DNA from: Planctomycetota bacterium
GTDB lineage: Bacteria > Planctomycetota > UBA1135 > UBA2386
Direction of reading: 5' to 3'
DNA: 64,000 bases
NCBI GenBank assembly: GCA_965223545.1
Contig: OZ245006.1
Location: 7,808,001 to 7,872,000 of the forward strand
The position numbers were made by a program, and so were the translations under genes. The stretch's first letter is position 1. Each line of letters starts with the position of its first letter. Positions 9,728 to 18,770 of the stretch are shown here, one piece after another. The notes under the pieces were generated by a model. That model was not told the DNA's origin. It did no database searches and saw only the letters and a list, made by a program, of their open reading frames with translations.

Positions 9728-10455
9728 GGTACGTGCCCACGACAAGTCTTCCGGAGATGCAGTGGCGCAAGCTTCCAGGCCCACCGACGCGTTCGTGGAC
9801 TCTCGTTCCCGAGTGTGTGGAGCTAGCTCGGGTCGTGCCGACATGGGAAGTCGGCGAGTTGGTTGAGGAAATCAGTGTCTACGCCGCAAGCCCTGAGTTT
9901 GTTCGTCGGAACTGTGGACCGGTCGCCAACAAGATTCTCGACAGCATTCCTGCTGACTACTTCGAGCGGTGCCGGTCACTCGGGATGCTGCCGAACATCG
10001 ACTTCCGCGTACACCGTCTGAACGTGGGGGAGTACCCTGCCGTACCAGGGTGGCATTGCGACGGCGTTCGACGAGAGACCTACCACGGCCAGCCTGATCC
10101 TGACCGCATCACGATTCGCGACACGGTGCTGTGTTGCGTATCGAGCGGGGATGTCTGCAACCCCGAGATCGCGGTCGAGCCGTTGACCGTTGAGATTCTC
10201 GAGAGTCCCCGGAGTGACTCTGCCCTCTGGAGTCACGTCAACGATCAAGTGCCTGACGAGATGCCTCGCATGGTGCTATCGGACGGGGTCGTCATGCAGA
10301 TCGGTGCGACCACGTTGCACCGAGTACGACCAGCACAGAAGCGCGGAGTCCGTGCACTGTTTCGCATGAGCATGTGGCACAACGACTACCTGGGCGACGG
10401 CGGCAAGATCGCGAACCAACAGCAGGTCTACCTCGTCAACGAAGGTGGGTGGTGA
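9724..10455 (+). CDS. 2OG-Fe(II) dioxygenase-like protein
   Basis: PGWHCDG (HxD), distal LHR and R..FRMS. Confidence 0.7.
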   Translation: MRYVPTTSLPEMQWRKLPGPPTRSWTLVPECVELARVVPTWEVGELVEEISVYAASPEFVRRNCGPVANKILDSIPADYFERCRSLGMLPNIDFRVHRLNVGEYPAVPGWHCDGVRRETYHGQPDPDRITIRDTVLCCVSSGDVCNPEIAVEPLTVEILESPRSDSALWSHVNDQVPDEMPRMVLSDGVVMQIGATTLHRVRPAQKRGVRALFRMSMWHNDYLGDGGKIANQQQVYLVNEGGW

Positions 10456-10457
10456 CG

Positions 10458-10784
10458 ATGGCCGACCTCGCTCTCTTGGTTCTTCTGTGCGTCTGCGTCT
10501 TCTTCCTTTGGTCGCAGGCCCATGGGAGTCGGCGGATCGCTCGGTTGTTTGCGCAGAAGAAAGTCGCTCTCGCCGCCCCGCTCGAGCTCTCGACCGAGGA
10601 CTTCTTCGACCAGGCGATGGCCGTGATTGATGGCGCGCTGTTCCCCTCACCCTGCTGCCTTGAGGCGCTGTTCTGGCGCACCGATAGCCCAGGGCAAGAA
10701 TGCTCGTGTGGCCGCAAGTGGGTTTTGCGCCGTGCGGAGGACTGCTGGGTGCTCAAGGAGGTCGCTGATGACGAAGCCCGATAG
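10458..10784 (+). CDS. Membrane-anchored Cys-rich hypothetical protein
   Basis: N-terminal TM; PCC..ECSCG. Confidence 0.55.
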   Translation: MADLALLVLLCVCVFFLWSQAHGSRRIARLFAQKKVALAAPLELSTEDFFDQAMAVIDGALFPSPCCLEALFWRTDSPGQECSCGRKWVLRRAEDCWVLKEVADDEAR

Positions 10785-11352
10785 CTCGCCGTCGCCCTAC
10801 GGCTTCTGCCCGAAGTGTGGCGCTCCTGGCAAGACCCGAGAGCGGCGCCCGGACGGAAACGACAAGTGCTCGAAGGGCCACTCGTATCCGAGCAAGCAGG
10901 CGGTGCCTTCAAGCGGAGGGAATGTAAGGCACCGAGAAGCCAGCGTACTCATTGACAGAACACCCTCCGACGGAGAGGTCCTCATCGAAGAGCGCACCGG
11001 CCTCTTTCTTCCAGTTGTCGCCTTCGATGTCGGCGTAGAGACTTTTTCGTGCTCGTCAGACGCCCCTGAACTCGACGCGGCCCTCGCCAACATGGTCGCC
11101 ACCGCAACCGGCACCGGCCGAGAGAGTAGCGTTCGTGGCGATTTGATGATTACTCGGAAGCGTCCAGTGCTGGTTGCGCATGTTGTCCTCTGGTCCAGGA
11201 TCCCCGAGTGCCTGACACTTTCGGTGAGGGGTGGCGGTCTTTGTGCGGCACAAGACCCAGAGTTGGTCTTCGATGGAGTAACCCGCATGCGTCGATGCGG
11301 CGGGGAGGTTGCTTCCTGGTCGACGACGCGTTTCCGCTGGGCTGAGGACTGA
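10768..11352 (+). CDS. Hypothetical protein with N-terminal zinc finger
   Basis: YGFCPKCGAPGKTRERRPDGNDKCSKGH. Confidence 0.55.
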   Translation: MTKPDSSPSPYGFCPKCGAPGKTRERRPDGNDKCSKGHSYPSKQAVPSSGGNVRHREASVLIDRTPSDGEVLIEERTGLFLPVVAFDVGVETFSCSSDAPELDAALANMVATATGTGRESSVRGDLMITRKRPVLVAHVVLWSRIPECLTLSVRGGGLCAAQDPELVFDGVTRMRRCGGEVASWSTTRFRWAED

Positions 11353-12461
11353 TGCAGGGCCCCCAGTCGATCAACCAGCAGCTCAACGATCGCGCCATCC
11401 TGCACGCGGTCCTCATGGAGCGGTTCAAAGCGCGCGAGGTCCGCGCGGTCATGCGCTTCCTGGACGAGCACCTGATCCCGGACACGCTGCGGGAGGTCGA
11501 GCGCATCGCCAAGATTGCCGACAGCCGGCCGCTGTCGCGGCTCACGCAGGCACGGCGCATCCTGCTGGAGAAGCGCCTGCAGGACTTGCGCGACGTCCTG
11601 CGCGGAGGCGCGGTGGCGCTGAACGCCGACCTGCGCGAACGGTTGGTCGGGCTGGCGAAGCAGGAGGCGGCCTGGCAGGTGCGCGAGTTCCAAGACGTCG
11701 TCCCGGTCCAGCTCGGCATCGCATCGCCCTCGGCAGCGTTGCTGCGCGAGGTTGTCATCCGCCGGCCGATGCAGGGCAAGTTCTTGCGCGAGTGGGCGGC
11801 GGAGGTCGGCCAGAACACCGCGCGGCGCGTCAGCCAAGCGATCCGGATTGGGATCGCGCAGGGCGAGGGCGTCGACACGATCGTGCGCCGTGTGCGTGGG
11901 CGCCGCACCGAGGGCTTCACCGACGGCGTCATGCAGGCGACCCGACGGGAGGCGGAGATGGTTGTCCGCACCGCGGTCAACCACACGATGACGCAGGCGC
12001 GCGAGGCGGTGTTCGTCGAGAACGCCGACATCATCAAGCTGGTGCAGTGGGTCTCGACGCTGGATTCGCGCGTCTCACAGATCTGTGCGGGCCTACACGG
12101 AAGGCGTTGGCGCGTAGGTAGCGGCCCTCGTCCGCCGGCGCACCCATGGTGCCGAAGCACGGTGACCGCGATCCTGAAGCACGCTCGCAGTATCCCTGCC
12201 CTGCAAGGACTACCCCCGGCGCAGATGGCGAGCATGGATGGGTTGGTGCCCGATGTGGACGACATCGGTCCATGGCTCAAGCGCCAGTCGCGAGAGCGGC
12301 AAGAGGCGGTTCTCGGCAAGTCCAAGGCCGCCCTCTTCCGCCGGGGCGTCGTGCCGATCCAACGGTTCGTGGACGTGCCGACGCTGCGGCCGTTGCGCTA
12401 CGAGGAGCTGCTCAAGATCGAGCGCCGGCTACGCGGCATGGCCAACTCGGGGGCGAACTGA
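11352..12461 (+). CDS. Minor capsid/head morphogenesis protein (SPP1 gp7 / Mu F family)
   Basis: VVRTA.NH, WVSTLDSR...IC..L.G, PPAHPWCRS. Confidence 0.9.
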   Translation: MQGPQSINQQLNDRAILHAVLMERFKAREVRAVMRFLDEHLIPDTLREVERIAKIADSRPLSRLTQARRILLEKRLQDLRDVLRGGAVALNADLRERLVGLAKQEAAWQVREFQDVVPVQLGIASPSAALLREVVIRRPMQGKFLREWAAEVGQNTARRVSQAIRIGIAQGEGVDTIVRRVRGRRTEGFTDGVMQATRREAEMVVRTAVNHTMTQAREAVFVENADIIKLVQWVSTLDSRVSQICAGLHGRRWRVGSGPRPPAHPWCRSTVTAILKHARSIPALQGLPPAQMASMDGLVPDVDDIGPWLKRQSRERQEAVLGKSKAALFRRGVVPIQRFVDVPTLRPLRYEELLKIERRLRGMANSGAN

Positions 12462-12982
12462 TGAACCGGTTGCAGTTCCTCGACGCGCTCACCGGTCGGC
12501 ACCGTCTGTGCACAGCGACTGTACCCAGTCACCTGCGAAAAGCTGCGCAGCAGCGGGCCGAGCACCGCGGCGTGATCCTTGCGGCGATCGACGACGACGG
12601 TGTGTGCATCGCGCTGGCGGCGACCGATTGCGAAGTCGAGCGGACGGACAAGGGCGCTCTGGTGCGGACCGCCCAAGAGTTCGTCAGGACTGACGATGGC
12701 GCCTGCCTGGAGAAGACCTCTAAGGTCGCTCTGGCTGTGACCGTCTACGGCGCAACGTGTGTCTACGAGAAGAACGGAGCGCCCTTCACGATCAACAGGA
12801 ACTACGAGGACGGCCCCCCGAGGTTCTGGTTCCGCGACCGGCATGTCACGCGGATGACTGGCCCGATCAACGAGATCGTAGAGATGACGTACAGGCCGCG
12901 GGTCGGCTGCGACTGCAAAGAGACAGTTTCGTCGACATTGGGCGTCAGGGCCCGCCCATGCGACAAGCACAAACAGGAGTGA
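12461..12982 (+). CDS. Hypothetical phage protein
   Basis: ATG coupled to the previous stop. Confidence 0.5.
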   Translation: MNRLQFLDALTGRHRLCTATVPSHLRKAAQQRAEHRGVILAAIDDDGVCIALAATDCEVERTDKGALVRTAQEFVRTDDGACLEKTSKVALAVTVYGATCVYEKNGAPFTINRNYEDGPPRFWFRDRHVTRMTGPINEIVEMTYRPRVGCDCKETVSSTLGVRARPCDKHKQE

Positions 12983-12989
12983 GAAAGAG

Positions 12990-13808
12990 ATGGCACTACC
13001 ACTACACATCAAGACGCTCGAGGACGTCGACGAGCCGTTCCGCGAGCACTACGTCGAGTCAACGATCTCGGGCGTCGAGGGTTTCGTCTTCGACGGCACC
13101 TCCGGCAGTGGGCTCACGATCGAGCACAACGTCGAGAACCTCAAGCGGTCGCTGTCGAGCGCTCGCGCGGACGCCAAGAAGGCGCAAGACACGCTGGCCA
13201 AGTTCAAGGACGCCGACGGCAACGCCCTGGACCCGGACGAGGTAGCCCAGGCGATCGAGCGCCTCGAGCAACTCGGCGACGATGCGGACATCGAGGAGCG
13301 CATCAAGACGGCGGTCCAGGACAAGCTGGACCGCGTGCAGCGCTCACACGCTGACGAGGTGAAGCGCCTGACGAGCGAGCGAGACGAGGCGCAGACCATG
13401 CGCTCGAAGCAGGCAACGCGGTTCGAGCTGATGAAGTACCTGGCGCCCTCGGACAAGGAGGCCGCCCGTGCCCGCGACCCGGAGCTTCTCTTGCTGGCCT
13501 TCGAGGGCCAGGTCAAGCACGTCACGAACGACAACGGTCGTGACGAGTTCCACGTGCTCGACGAGAACGGCAACCGCCGCTACAGCGACCGAACTGGCCA
13601 GGCCGAGCAGTACATGGGTCTGGATGAGTTGGTCGAGTCGTCCCGTAATGGGCGGTTCAAGGACCAGTTCGTCGTCCCCGAGGTGAAGGGTACGACCTCG
13701 GCGCCGAGGAAGCCGCAGCCCGAGCGTCAGCCGGCGGCGGTCGACGGGGACCAACGCTCTGCAAGCGAGCGGCTGAAAGCCGTCTATGCGCAGAAGTACG
13801 GCGAGTAG
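12990..13808 (+). CDS. Head scaffolding protein (putative)
   Basis: Charged, coiled-coil-like; upstream of the capsid gene. Confidence 0.75.
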   Translation: MALPLHIKTLEDVDEPFREHYVESTISGVEGFVFDGTSGSGLTIEHNVENLKRSLSSARADAKKAQDTLAKFKDADGNALDPDEVAQAIERLEQLGDDADIEERIKTAVQDKLDRVQRSHADEVKRLTSERDEAQTMRSKQATRFELMKYLAPSDKEAARARDPELLLLAFEGQVKHVTNDNGRDEFHVLDENGNRRYSDRTGQAEQYMGLDELVESSRNGRFKDQFVVPEVKGTTSAPRKPQPERQPAAVDGDQRSASERLKAVYAQKYGE

Positions 13809-13929
13809 CTCCCGCCAACAAACCGGCAATGAGCCGGCAACACCGCGGCAAATTGAGAAAAACTAGCGCGCGCAGGGTTGACCTTCTGCGAGCGACTATG
13901 CGATAAGCGATCGCACTGGGTCCATTCCT

Positions 13930-14100
13930 CTGGCGCGTGGTGCGCGCCAGCCGTCTGGGCTCGCCGGTCTCCCGCCGCAAACCTGAGCGTGGTGCGCCAG
14001 GTTTGCACGGCAGGGGGGATCCCTGAGGGGCCGGGTTTACGGACGAACTCCGTGGGCCTGGCCATGTCCTCAGCCCCGGAGGGTTGAAACACCTGGGGCG
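13930..14100 (+). promoter_or_regulatory. Structured 5' leader of the capsid gene (4 hairpins)
   Basis: CTGGCGCG-tggtg-CGCGCCAG (13930-13950); GCAAACCTG.GCG-tggtg-CGCCAGGTTTGC (13977-14006); two more hairpins before the GAGG RBS. Confidence 0.65.
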
Positions 14101-14105
14101 AGGAA

Positions 14106-15044
14106 ATGGGACTCACACTATACGAGGCGTCGAAGCTGAACAGCGGCGACGTCCACCGCGCTGCGATCATCGAGCTGTTCGCGCGCTCGACGCCATTGAT
14201 GGGCGTCCTTCCGTTCGACGACATCACCGGCGGCGGCCTGACCTACAACCAAGAGCAGGCACTGCCCGGCATCGCGTTCCGCGGCATCAACGAGGGCTAC
14301 ACGGCGTCGGCTGGCGTCATCAACCCCGTGAGCGAGCCGCTGTTGGTTGGCGGCGGCGATCTCGACGTCGACAAGGCGATCATCAAGACCCGTGGCATCG
14401 GTGTGCGTAGCACGCACGAGGCGATGAAGGTGAAGGCGATGGGCCAGAAGATCGCCCACACCTTCATCAAGGGGGACGGCTTGACCGACCCCCGTGAGCC
14501 GACCGGCTTGCAGGCGCGGCTCATTGGCAGCCAGGTGCTGTCGAACTCGGGCGCGGCCGGCGGTGGCCCCCTCTCGATGGAGAAGGTCAACGAGGCAATC
14601 GACAACACCGAAGACGCCACGCACATCATCGCAACGAAGAGGGCGCGTCGCGTGATGAGCAAGGCGGCCAAAGAGACGTCAATCTCGGGCGAGATCCAGT
14701 TCGATACGGACGACTTCGGCATCCAGTTCGCGCGCTACAACGGCCTTCCGATCGTCGAGGTCGACGGCTTCGGCGTGGCGTCGCAGTACGTCGCCCTTGG
14801 CGACAACGAGGCGGCCACCGGCGGCGGTGCCGCGCAAGCGACCTCGATCTACGTCGTCAGCTTCCGCGAGGGAATGCTCGGCGGCATCCAGAACGGGATC
14901 ATGGAGGCCAGGGATCTCGGTGAGATCGACGAGAAGCCGGTCCTGCGCACTCGCGTCGAGTGGCTGGTGGGTTTCGCCCTCTATCACCCGCGTGCCGCGA
15001 CCCGGCTGCGCGACATCGACGCTGGCCAGGCGGCCGTCGCCTGA
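14106..15044 (+). CDS. Major capsid protein (HK97 fold)
   Basis: LPF..I.G....YN.E..LP..AFR.INEGY, GGDLDVDK, TSIYVV, RTRVEW..G. Confidence 0.92.
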   Translation: MGLTLYEASKLNSGDVHRAAIIELFARSTPLMGVLPFDDITGGGLTYNQEQALPGIAFRGINEGYTASAGVINPVSEPLLVGGGDLDVDKAIIKTRGIGVRSTHEAMKVKAMGQKIAHTFIKGDGLTDPREPTGLQARLIGSQVLSNSGAAGGGPLSMEKVNEAIDNTEDATHIIATKRARRVMSKAAKETSISGEIQFDTDDFGIQFARYNGLPIVEVDGFGVASQYVALGDNEAATGGGAAQATSIYVVSFREGMLGGIQNGIMEARDLGEIDEKPVLRTRVEWLVGFALYHPRAATRLRDIDAGQAAVA

Positions 15045-15061
15045 TCTGAAGGAGAAGCATC

Positions 15062-15520
15062 ATGCCACTCACTCGAGGCTACATGTTCGACAAGGAGCTG
15101 CAGCTGGCCGATGGCGCTGCGGCTATCACCGCCAGCGGCGTCACCCAGGTCGATGGCTCTGCGGCCTCTCTGGATCTTGGCGCTGCGGCGAACGGCTCCG
15201 GGGATCTCGTCGTCGATGTCAGCGCGATCGACATCACTACCGGCGACGAGTCGTACGAGCTGCTGCTGCAGGGGTCGTCGAACTCCGACTTCTCGTCGGA
15301 CGTCCAGACCATCGCGCGCGGCAAGCTCGGTGACTCCTCGACCCTCGGGACCGGTGTCGACGCCGACAGCGTTGTCGGTCGACACGTGATCCCGTTCCAC
15401 AACGACGTCGCACAGACCACCAGCTACCAGTACCTGCGGCTCGCCGTGGTCGTCGCCGGGACCACCCCGTCGATCACCCTCAGCGCGTTCGTGGGGATGA
15501 GCAAGGTCGTCAAGGCGTAG
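15062..15520 (+). CDS. Capsid cement/decoration protein (Bbp16-like)
   Basis: FDKEL..ADG..AITAS, DLG, LQGS....FS, YQYLRL; follows the MCP gene. Confidence 0.7.
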   Translation: MPLTRGYMFDKELQLADGAAAITASGVTQVDGSAASLDLGAAANGSGDLVVDVSAIDITTGDESYELLLQGSSNSDFSSDVQTIARGKLGDSSTLGTGVDADSVVGRHVIPFHNDVAQTTSYQYLRLAVVVAGTTPSITLSAFVGMSKVVKA

Positions 15521-15533
15521 GCGTGGACCTCCT

Positions 15534-15569
15534 GCTCGCTCCGTGGGTGCGCGCGGCCACGGAGCGGGC
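15534..15569 (+). promoter_or_regulatory. 13-bp stem-loop after the head operon (no U-tract)
   Basis: GCTCGCTCCGTGG / CCACGGAGCGGGC. Confidence 0.45.
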
Positions 15570-15608
15570 GCAGAGATCGCGCGCTAGGTCGAGCTTGGAG
15601 ATGACAAC

Positions 15609-16130
15609 GTGATCGAGAGAGATCGAGACCATGCCGGGATCACCGCACAGATGGTGGACCCGGCATCCGGGGCGGTACGAGTTTGGTTGCGCCACGAAAA
15701 AGAGTGGGGGCTGCGCTCACCCGTCGACGCGCGAGAGCTGTTGGCATCCGGGCAAGCATCGCTGATGCCGCCCGATGGTTCGGGGGGCGACCGCAAGGAG
15801 GCGATTCTCATCTCGCCCGACGAGCGCCGGCGCCGCTTCGCGGTGCTGTCGAAGCCGGACCTCCAGATTGCTTGCGAGGCGGTGGGCGTTGCCTACTTCG
15901 GCGACGACGCTCGAGGCGCTCTCGTCGAGAAGCTCGTCGGCAGCGGTGCCGATCCGAGTCAGTGCGAAGCCGCGATTGCTCAGGTCCACGCCGACCGCGC
16001 CGCCAAGGATGCGGCCGCGAAGCAGGAGGCCGAGGAAGCCGAAGCGAAGCGCAGAGCCGAAGCCGACGCCAAGGCGCAGGCTGAGGCCAATGCGAAGAAG
16101 GCTGCCGAGACGAAGGCGAAGGCGTCCTAG
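15609..16130 (+). CDS. Hypothetical virion-associated protein
   Basis: A/E/K-rich C-terminus; position in the head-neck block. Confidence 0.6.
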   Translation: MIERDRDHAGITAQMVDPASGAVRVWLRHEKEWGLRSPVDARELLASGQASLMPPDGSGGDRKEAILISPDERRRRFAVLSKPDLQIACEAVGVAYFGDDARGALVEKLVGSGADPSQCEAAIAQVHADRAAKDAAAKQEAEEAEAKRRAEADAKAQAEANAKKAAETKAKAS

Positions 16131-16133
16131 CGC

Positions 16134-16676
16134 ATGGCGCTCATCGTCGAGGACGGCACGGGGCTCGCGACGGCGGAGGCATGGATCTCCGTCGCCGACG
16201 CAGCCACGTACCTGACGTCCATCGGCGAAACCTGGACCGTGACCGTCTCCGAGCAGGAGGAGGATCTACGGGTCGGCACGCAGGAGCTCGAGAACCTCTA
16301 TGCGTGTCGCTGGCCTGGCACACGCGCGACCGACGTGCAGGCGCTGTCCTGGCCACGGATTGGCGCGACCGACTGTGACGGCTACGCCGTCGAGAGCGAT
16401 AGCGTCCCGGTGCTGCTGCAAAGGGCGAGCGCGCTCATCGCTGCTGCGCGTCGTCAGCTGATCGTTGCTGGCGATCCGTTCCAGCCGACAACGCTTTCGG
16501 CCGGCGGCACCGTCGTCAAGAGCACGGTCAAGCTGGGGCCGATCACCGAGTCGTTGGAGTACGGCTCTGGCGGCTTGTCGGCGGATGAGGCGGGCGTCGC
16601 CGTGCGGCGCTTCCCTCGCGTCGAGGCGATGCTGCGACCGATCTTGCTGCCCGCCGGGCGCGTGGAGATGGCGTGA
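16134..16676 (+). CDS. Head-tail adaptor (DnaT-like family)
   Basis: MALIVEDGTG...A.AW.SVADA, QALSWPR, KLGPI...Y. Confidence 0.85.
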   Translation: MALIVEDGTGLATAEAWISVADAATYLTSIGETWTVTVSEQEEDLRVGTQELENLYACRWPGTRATDVQALSWPRIGATDCDGYAVESDSVPVLLQRASALIAAARRQLIVAGDPFQPTTLSAGGTVVKSTVKLGPITESLEYGSGGLSADEAGVAVRRFPRVEAMLRPILLPAGRVEMA

Positions 16677-16930
16677 TGTCGGCCCCTGTCGGCAGCCAGC
16701 TCTGGGACATCGCCAAGGGCTACCAGCGCCAGTGCGTGCCCTACCGCGAGCTGCGTGACTGGGAGCTTGCCAGCTGGGTCGTGCTGGGAGAGCACGTGCC
16801 GCCGCACGAGATGGCCGAGGCGCTTGGTCCGCTGCCGCCGTTCTCAGCCGAGGAACAAGTCTTCGACCCCGCCTCACACGGCCCGATCGCCCCTGGCGAA
16901 ATGGGCTTCGGCTTCTCGGAGGTCGAGTGA
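16673..16930 (+). CDS. Hypothetical protein
   Basis: Coupled to both neighbours. Confidence 0.5.
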   Translation: MMSAPVGSQLWDIAKGYQRQCVPYRELRDWELASWVVLGEHVPPHEMAEALGPLPPFSAEEQVFDPASHGPIAPGEMGFGFSEVE

Positions 16931-17307
16931 TGGTCTCGCCGATCGTCACAAGGGGTCGGGCGACGGCCACGCGGCTCCTGCTCAAGCACGGGTTCGCGGG
17001 GGTTCTCAAGTATCCCGACGTGGCCCCAGTGCCGGGTTCGAGCATCGAGATTGCAGGGCCTGGCGAGACCTTCCCGGTCAGGGTTGTGCCGTTCACGACC
17101 GAGGCAATCACGGGCTCCGAGCTCGGCCGTACCGAGTCTGGCACGACCCTGATCGCCGGCGCATCACTCACGTCTCCGCCGCCGATGAACTCAACGCTCA
17201 CCGTCGGCAGCAAGACCTGGGTCGTCACGGCATCGTCGCCGTTTCCTGACGACGGCAGCGAGACGGCCGCCGATGTTGCCCTGTTTCAGGTGGGGCTGGA
17301 GCGGTGA
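16927..17307 (+). CDS. Head closure/stopper protein (putative)
   Basis: ATATRLL.KHG, beta-rich ~125 aa, synteny. Confidence 0.6.
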   Translation: MMVSPIVTRGRATATRLLLKHGFAGVLKYPDVAPVPGSSIEIAGPGETFPVRVVPFTTEAITGSELGRTESGTTLIAGASLTSPPPMNSTLTVGSKTWVVTASSPFPDDGSETAADVALFQVGLER

Positions 17308-17310
17308 TCG

Positions 17311-17757
17311 TTGCCTACCAACGCCGCGTCCTACTCGATCAACGTCCGGCGCTGGGCGCGGAAGACAGTGCCGGATCGGCTGGTCGAGATTCATCGCCAG
17401 ATCGCGTTCGAGGCGATGCGCCGCATCGTGCTGCGGACGCCGGTGGACTCCGGTCGCCTGCGCGGCAACTGGTGGCTGACGATCGACGTGATTCCGGTCT
17501 CCGAGCGCCAGGTCGCGGACCCGCTTGCGTTGGCGATCGGACGACTGACGACGCTTGGTCCTTACAAGGTCGTCCACATCACGAACAACGTCCCGTATGG
17601 ACCGATCGTCGAGCGCGGCGGCTTCATCCCGAAGAACCCAGGTCCGAGCAAGGACCCGCGGCCGGGACGCAAGGGCCGAGTGCTAGTGCTCGGCGGATTC
17701 AGCGTACAGGCGCCGCAGGGGATGGTCTCCGTGACCGTCCGGGAGCTCGCGGCATGA
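17311..17757 (+). CDS. HK97 gp10-like neck/tail completion protein
   Basis: TPVDSGRLRGNW, ITNNVPY, S.QAPQGMV. Confidence 0.85.
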   Translation: MPTNAASYSINVRRWARKTVPDRLVEIHRQIAFEAMRRIVLRTPVDSGRLRGNWWLTIDVIPVSERQVADPLALAIGRLTTLGPYKVVHITNNVPYGPIVERGGFIPKNPGPSKDPRPGRKGRVLVLGGFSVQAPQGMVSVTVRELAA

Positions 17758-17899
17758 GCGGAGTCGAGGGCGTGGGGGTGCGTAGGTTGGGCGATCCTAC
17801 GCAGCGGTGGATTTCGACGGACACACTTTCACAAGGGTCGTCCAGCTATCTCCTCCCACCGCAGACCTCCACGCCCTCACGTTTTTGCGGGGGCTGGCG

Positions 17900-18757
17900 A
17901 TGAGCGTCGGGCCCTACCAAGAGATGGTGGACTTGGTCGAGCGCCAGGTCTGCGGCGAGTGGGCTACGCAAAACGGTGCGCTCGTCGAGTTCGAGAATCG
18001 AGCTGTGCAGAAGCCGGAGCCATCGGCAGGCGCGTCGTGGTGGGGCGCTACGGTCGATCACTCGGGCACTGAGCAGCTGTGCATGGGTCGCTCGGTGCGG
18101 TACCGCAAGCGCGCGACCCTTCGTCTTGGCGTCCGGGGCCCTCTCGGGAGTCTAGCAGCCGGGCGCAACCAAGCCTCGGACGCCGCTTCTTCGTTCCCTC
18201 CGGGCCTGCGCGATGGCGTGATCTGGGAGCCGGGACACATCGAGCAGGTGGGCCGCGAAGGCGCCTGGTTCCGGTGGGATGCGGTCATCCCCCTGTACGT
18301 CGACGACGACCAGGACTCGGATGCAGGCATCGCCGCGTTTGCTCCGGTCACCTTCGGCTCAACGCTCGAGACGATCCGCGAGCGCATGTGCTCGACGGTC
18401 TCGAGCGTCTTGCCGGTGCGGACGCTGTGGGGCAACGAGTCGGTCACCGATGTGCCGGACGTTAGCGAGACCTGGTGCATGGTTTGGGCGGACTTCGGCA
18501 GCTCGACTCCGGAGTCGCTGGGGCTTGGCGCAGCGATCGAGTCGTCGGGCCTGACGCGCGTCCAGGTCTACAGCCCGCTTGGCAGCGGGCATGGTCCTGG
18601 GTTGGCGGTATGTGACGCGGTGGTGCGGCGGTTCCGCAACACCAGCGACCAGGGGGTGCGACTGGGGACGCCGTACCTCCAGAGCGTGGGCAAGGACGGG
18701 GCGTGGTGGAGGCACGACACACTCGTGCCGTTCAGCGTGGTTTCGGCAGTGGCGTAG
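17900..18757 (+). CDS. Tail terminator-like protein with two tandem domains
   Basis: Halves end in QVGREGAWFRWDAVIPL and SVGKDGAWWRHDTLVPF; precedes the tube gene. Confidence 0.7.
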   Translation: MSVGPYQEMVDLVERQVCGEWATQNGALVEFENRAVQKPEPSAGASWWGATVDHSGTEQLCMGRSVRYRKRATLRLGVRGPLGSLAAGRNQASDAASSFPPGLRDGVIWEPGHIEQVGREGAWFRWDAVIPLYVDDDQDSDAGIAAFAPVTFGSTLETIRERMCSTVSSVLPVRTLWGNESVTDVPDVSETWCMVWADFGSSTPESLGLGAAIESSGLTRVQVYSPLGSGHGPGLAVCDAVVRRFRNTSDQGVRLGTPYLQSVGKDGAWWRHDTLVPFSVVSAVA

Positions 18758-18770
18758 CGAGGGCGGATAG

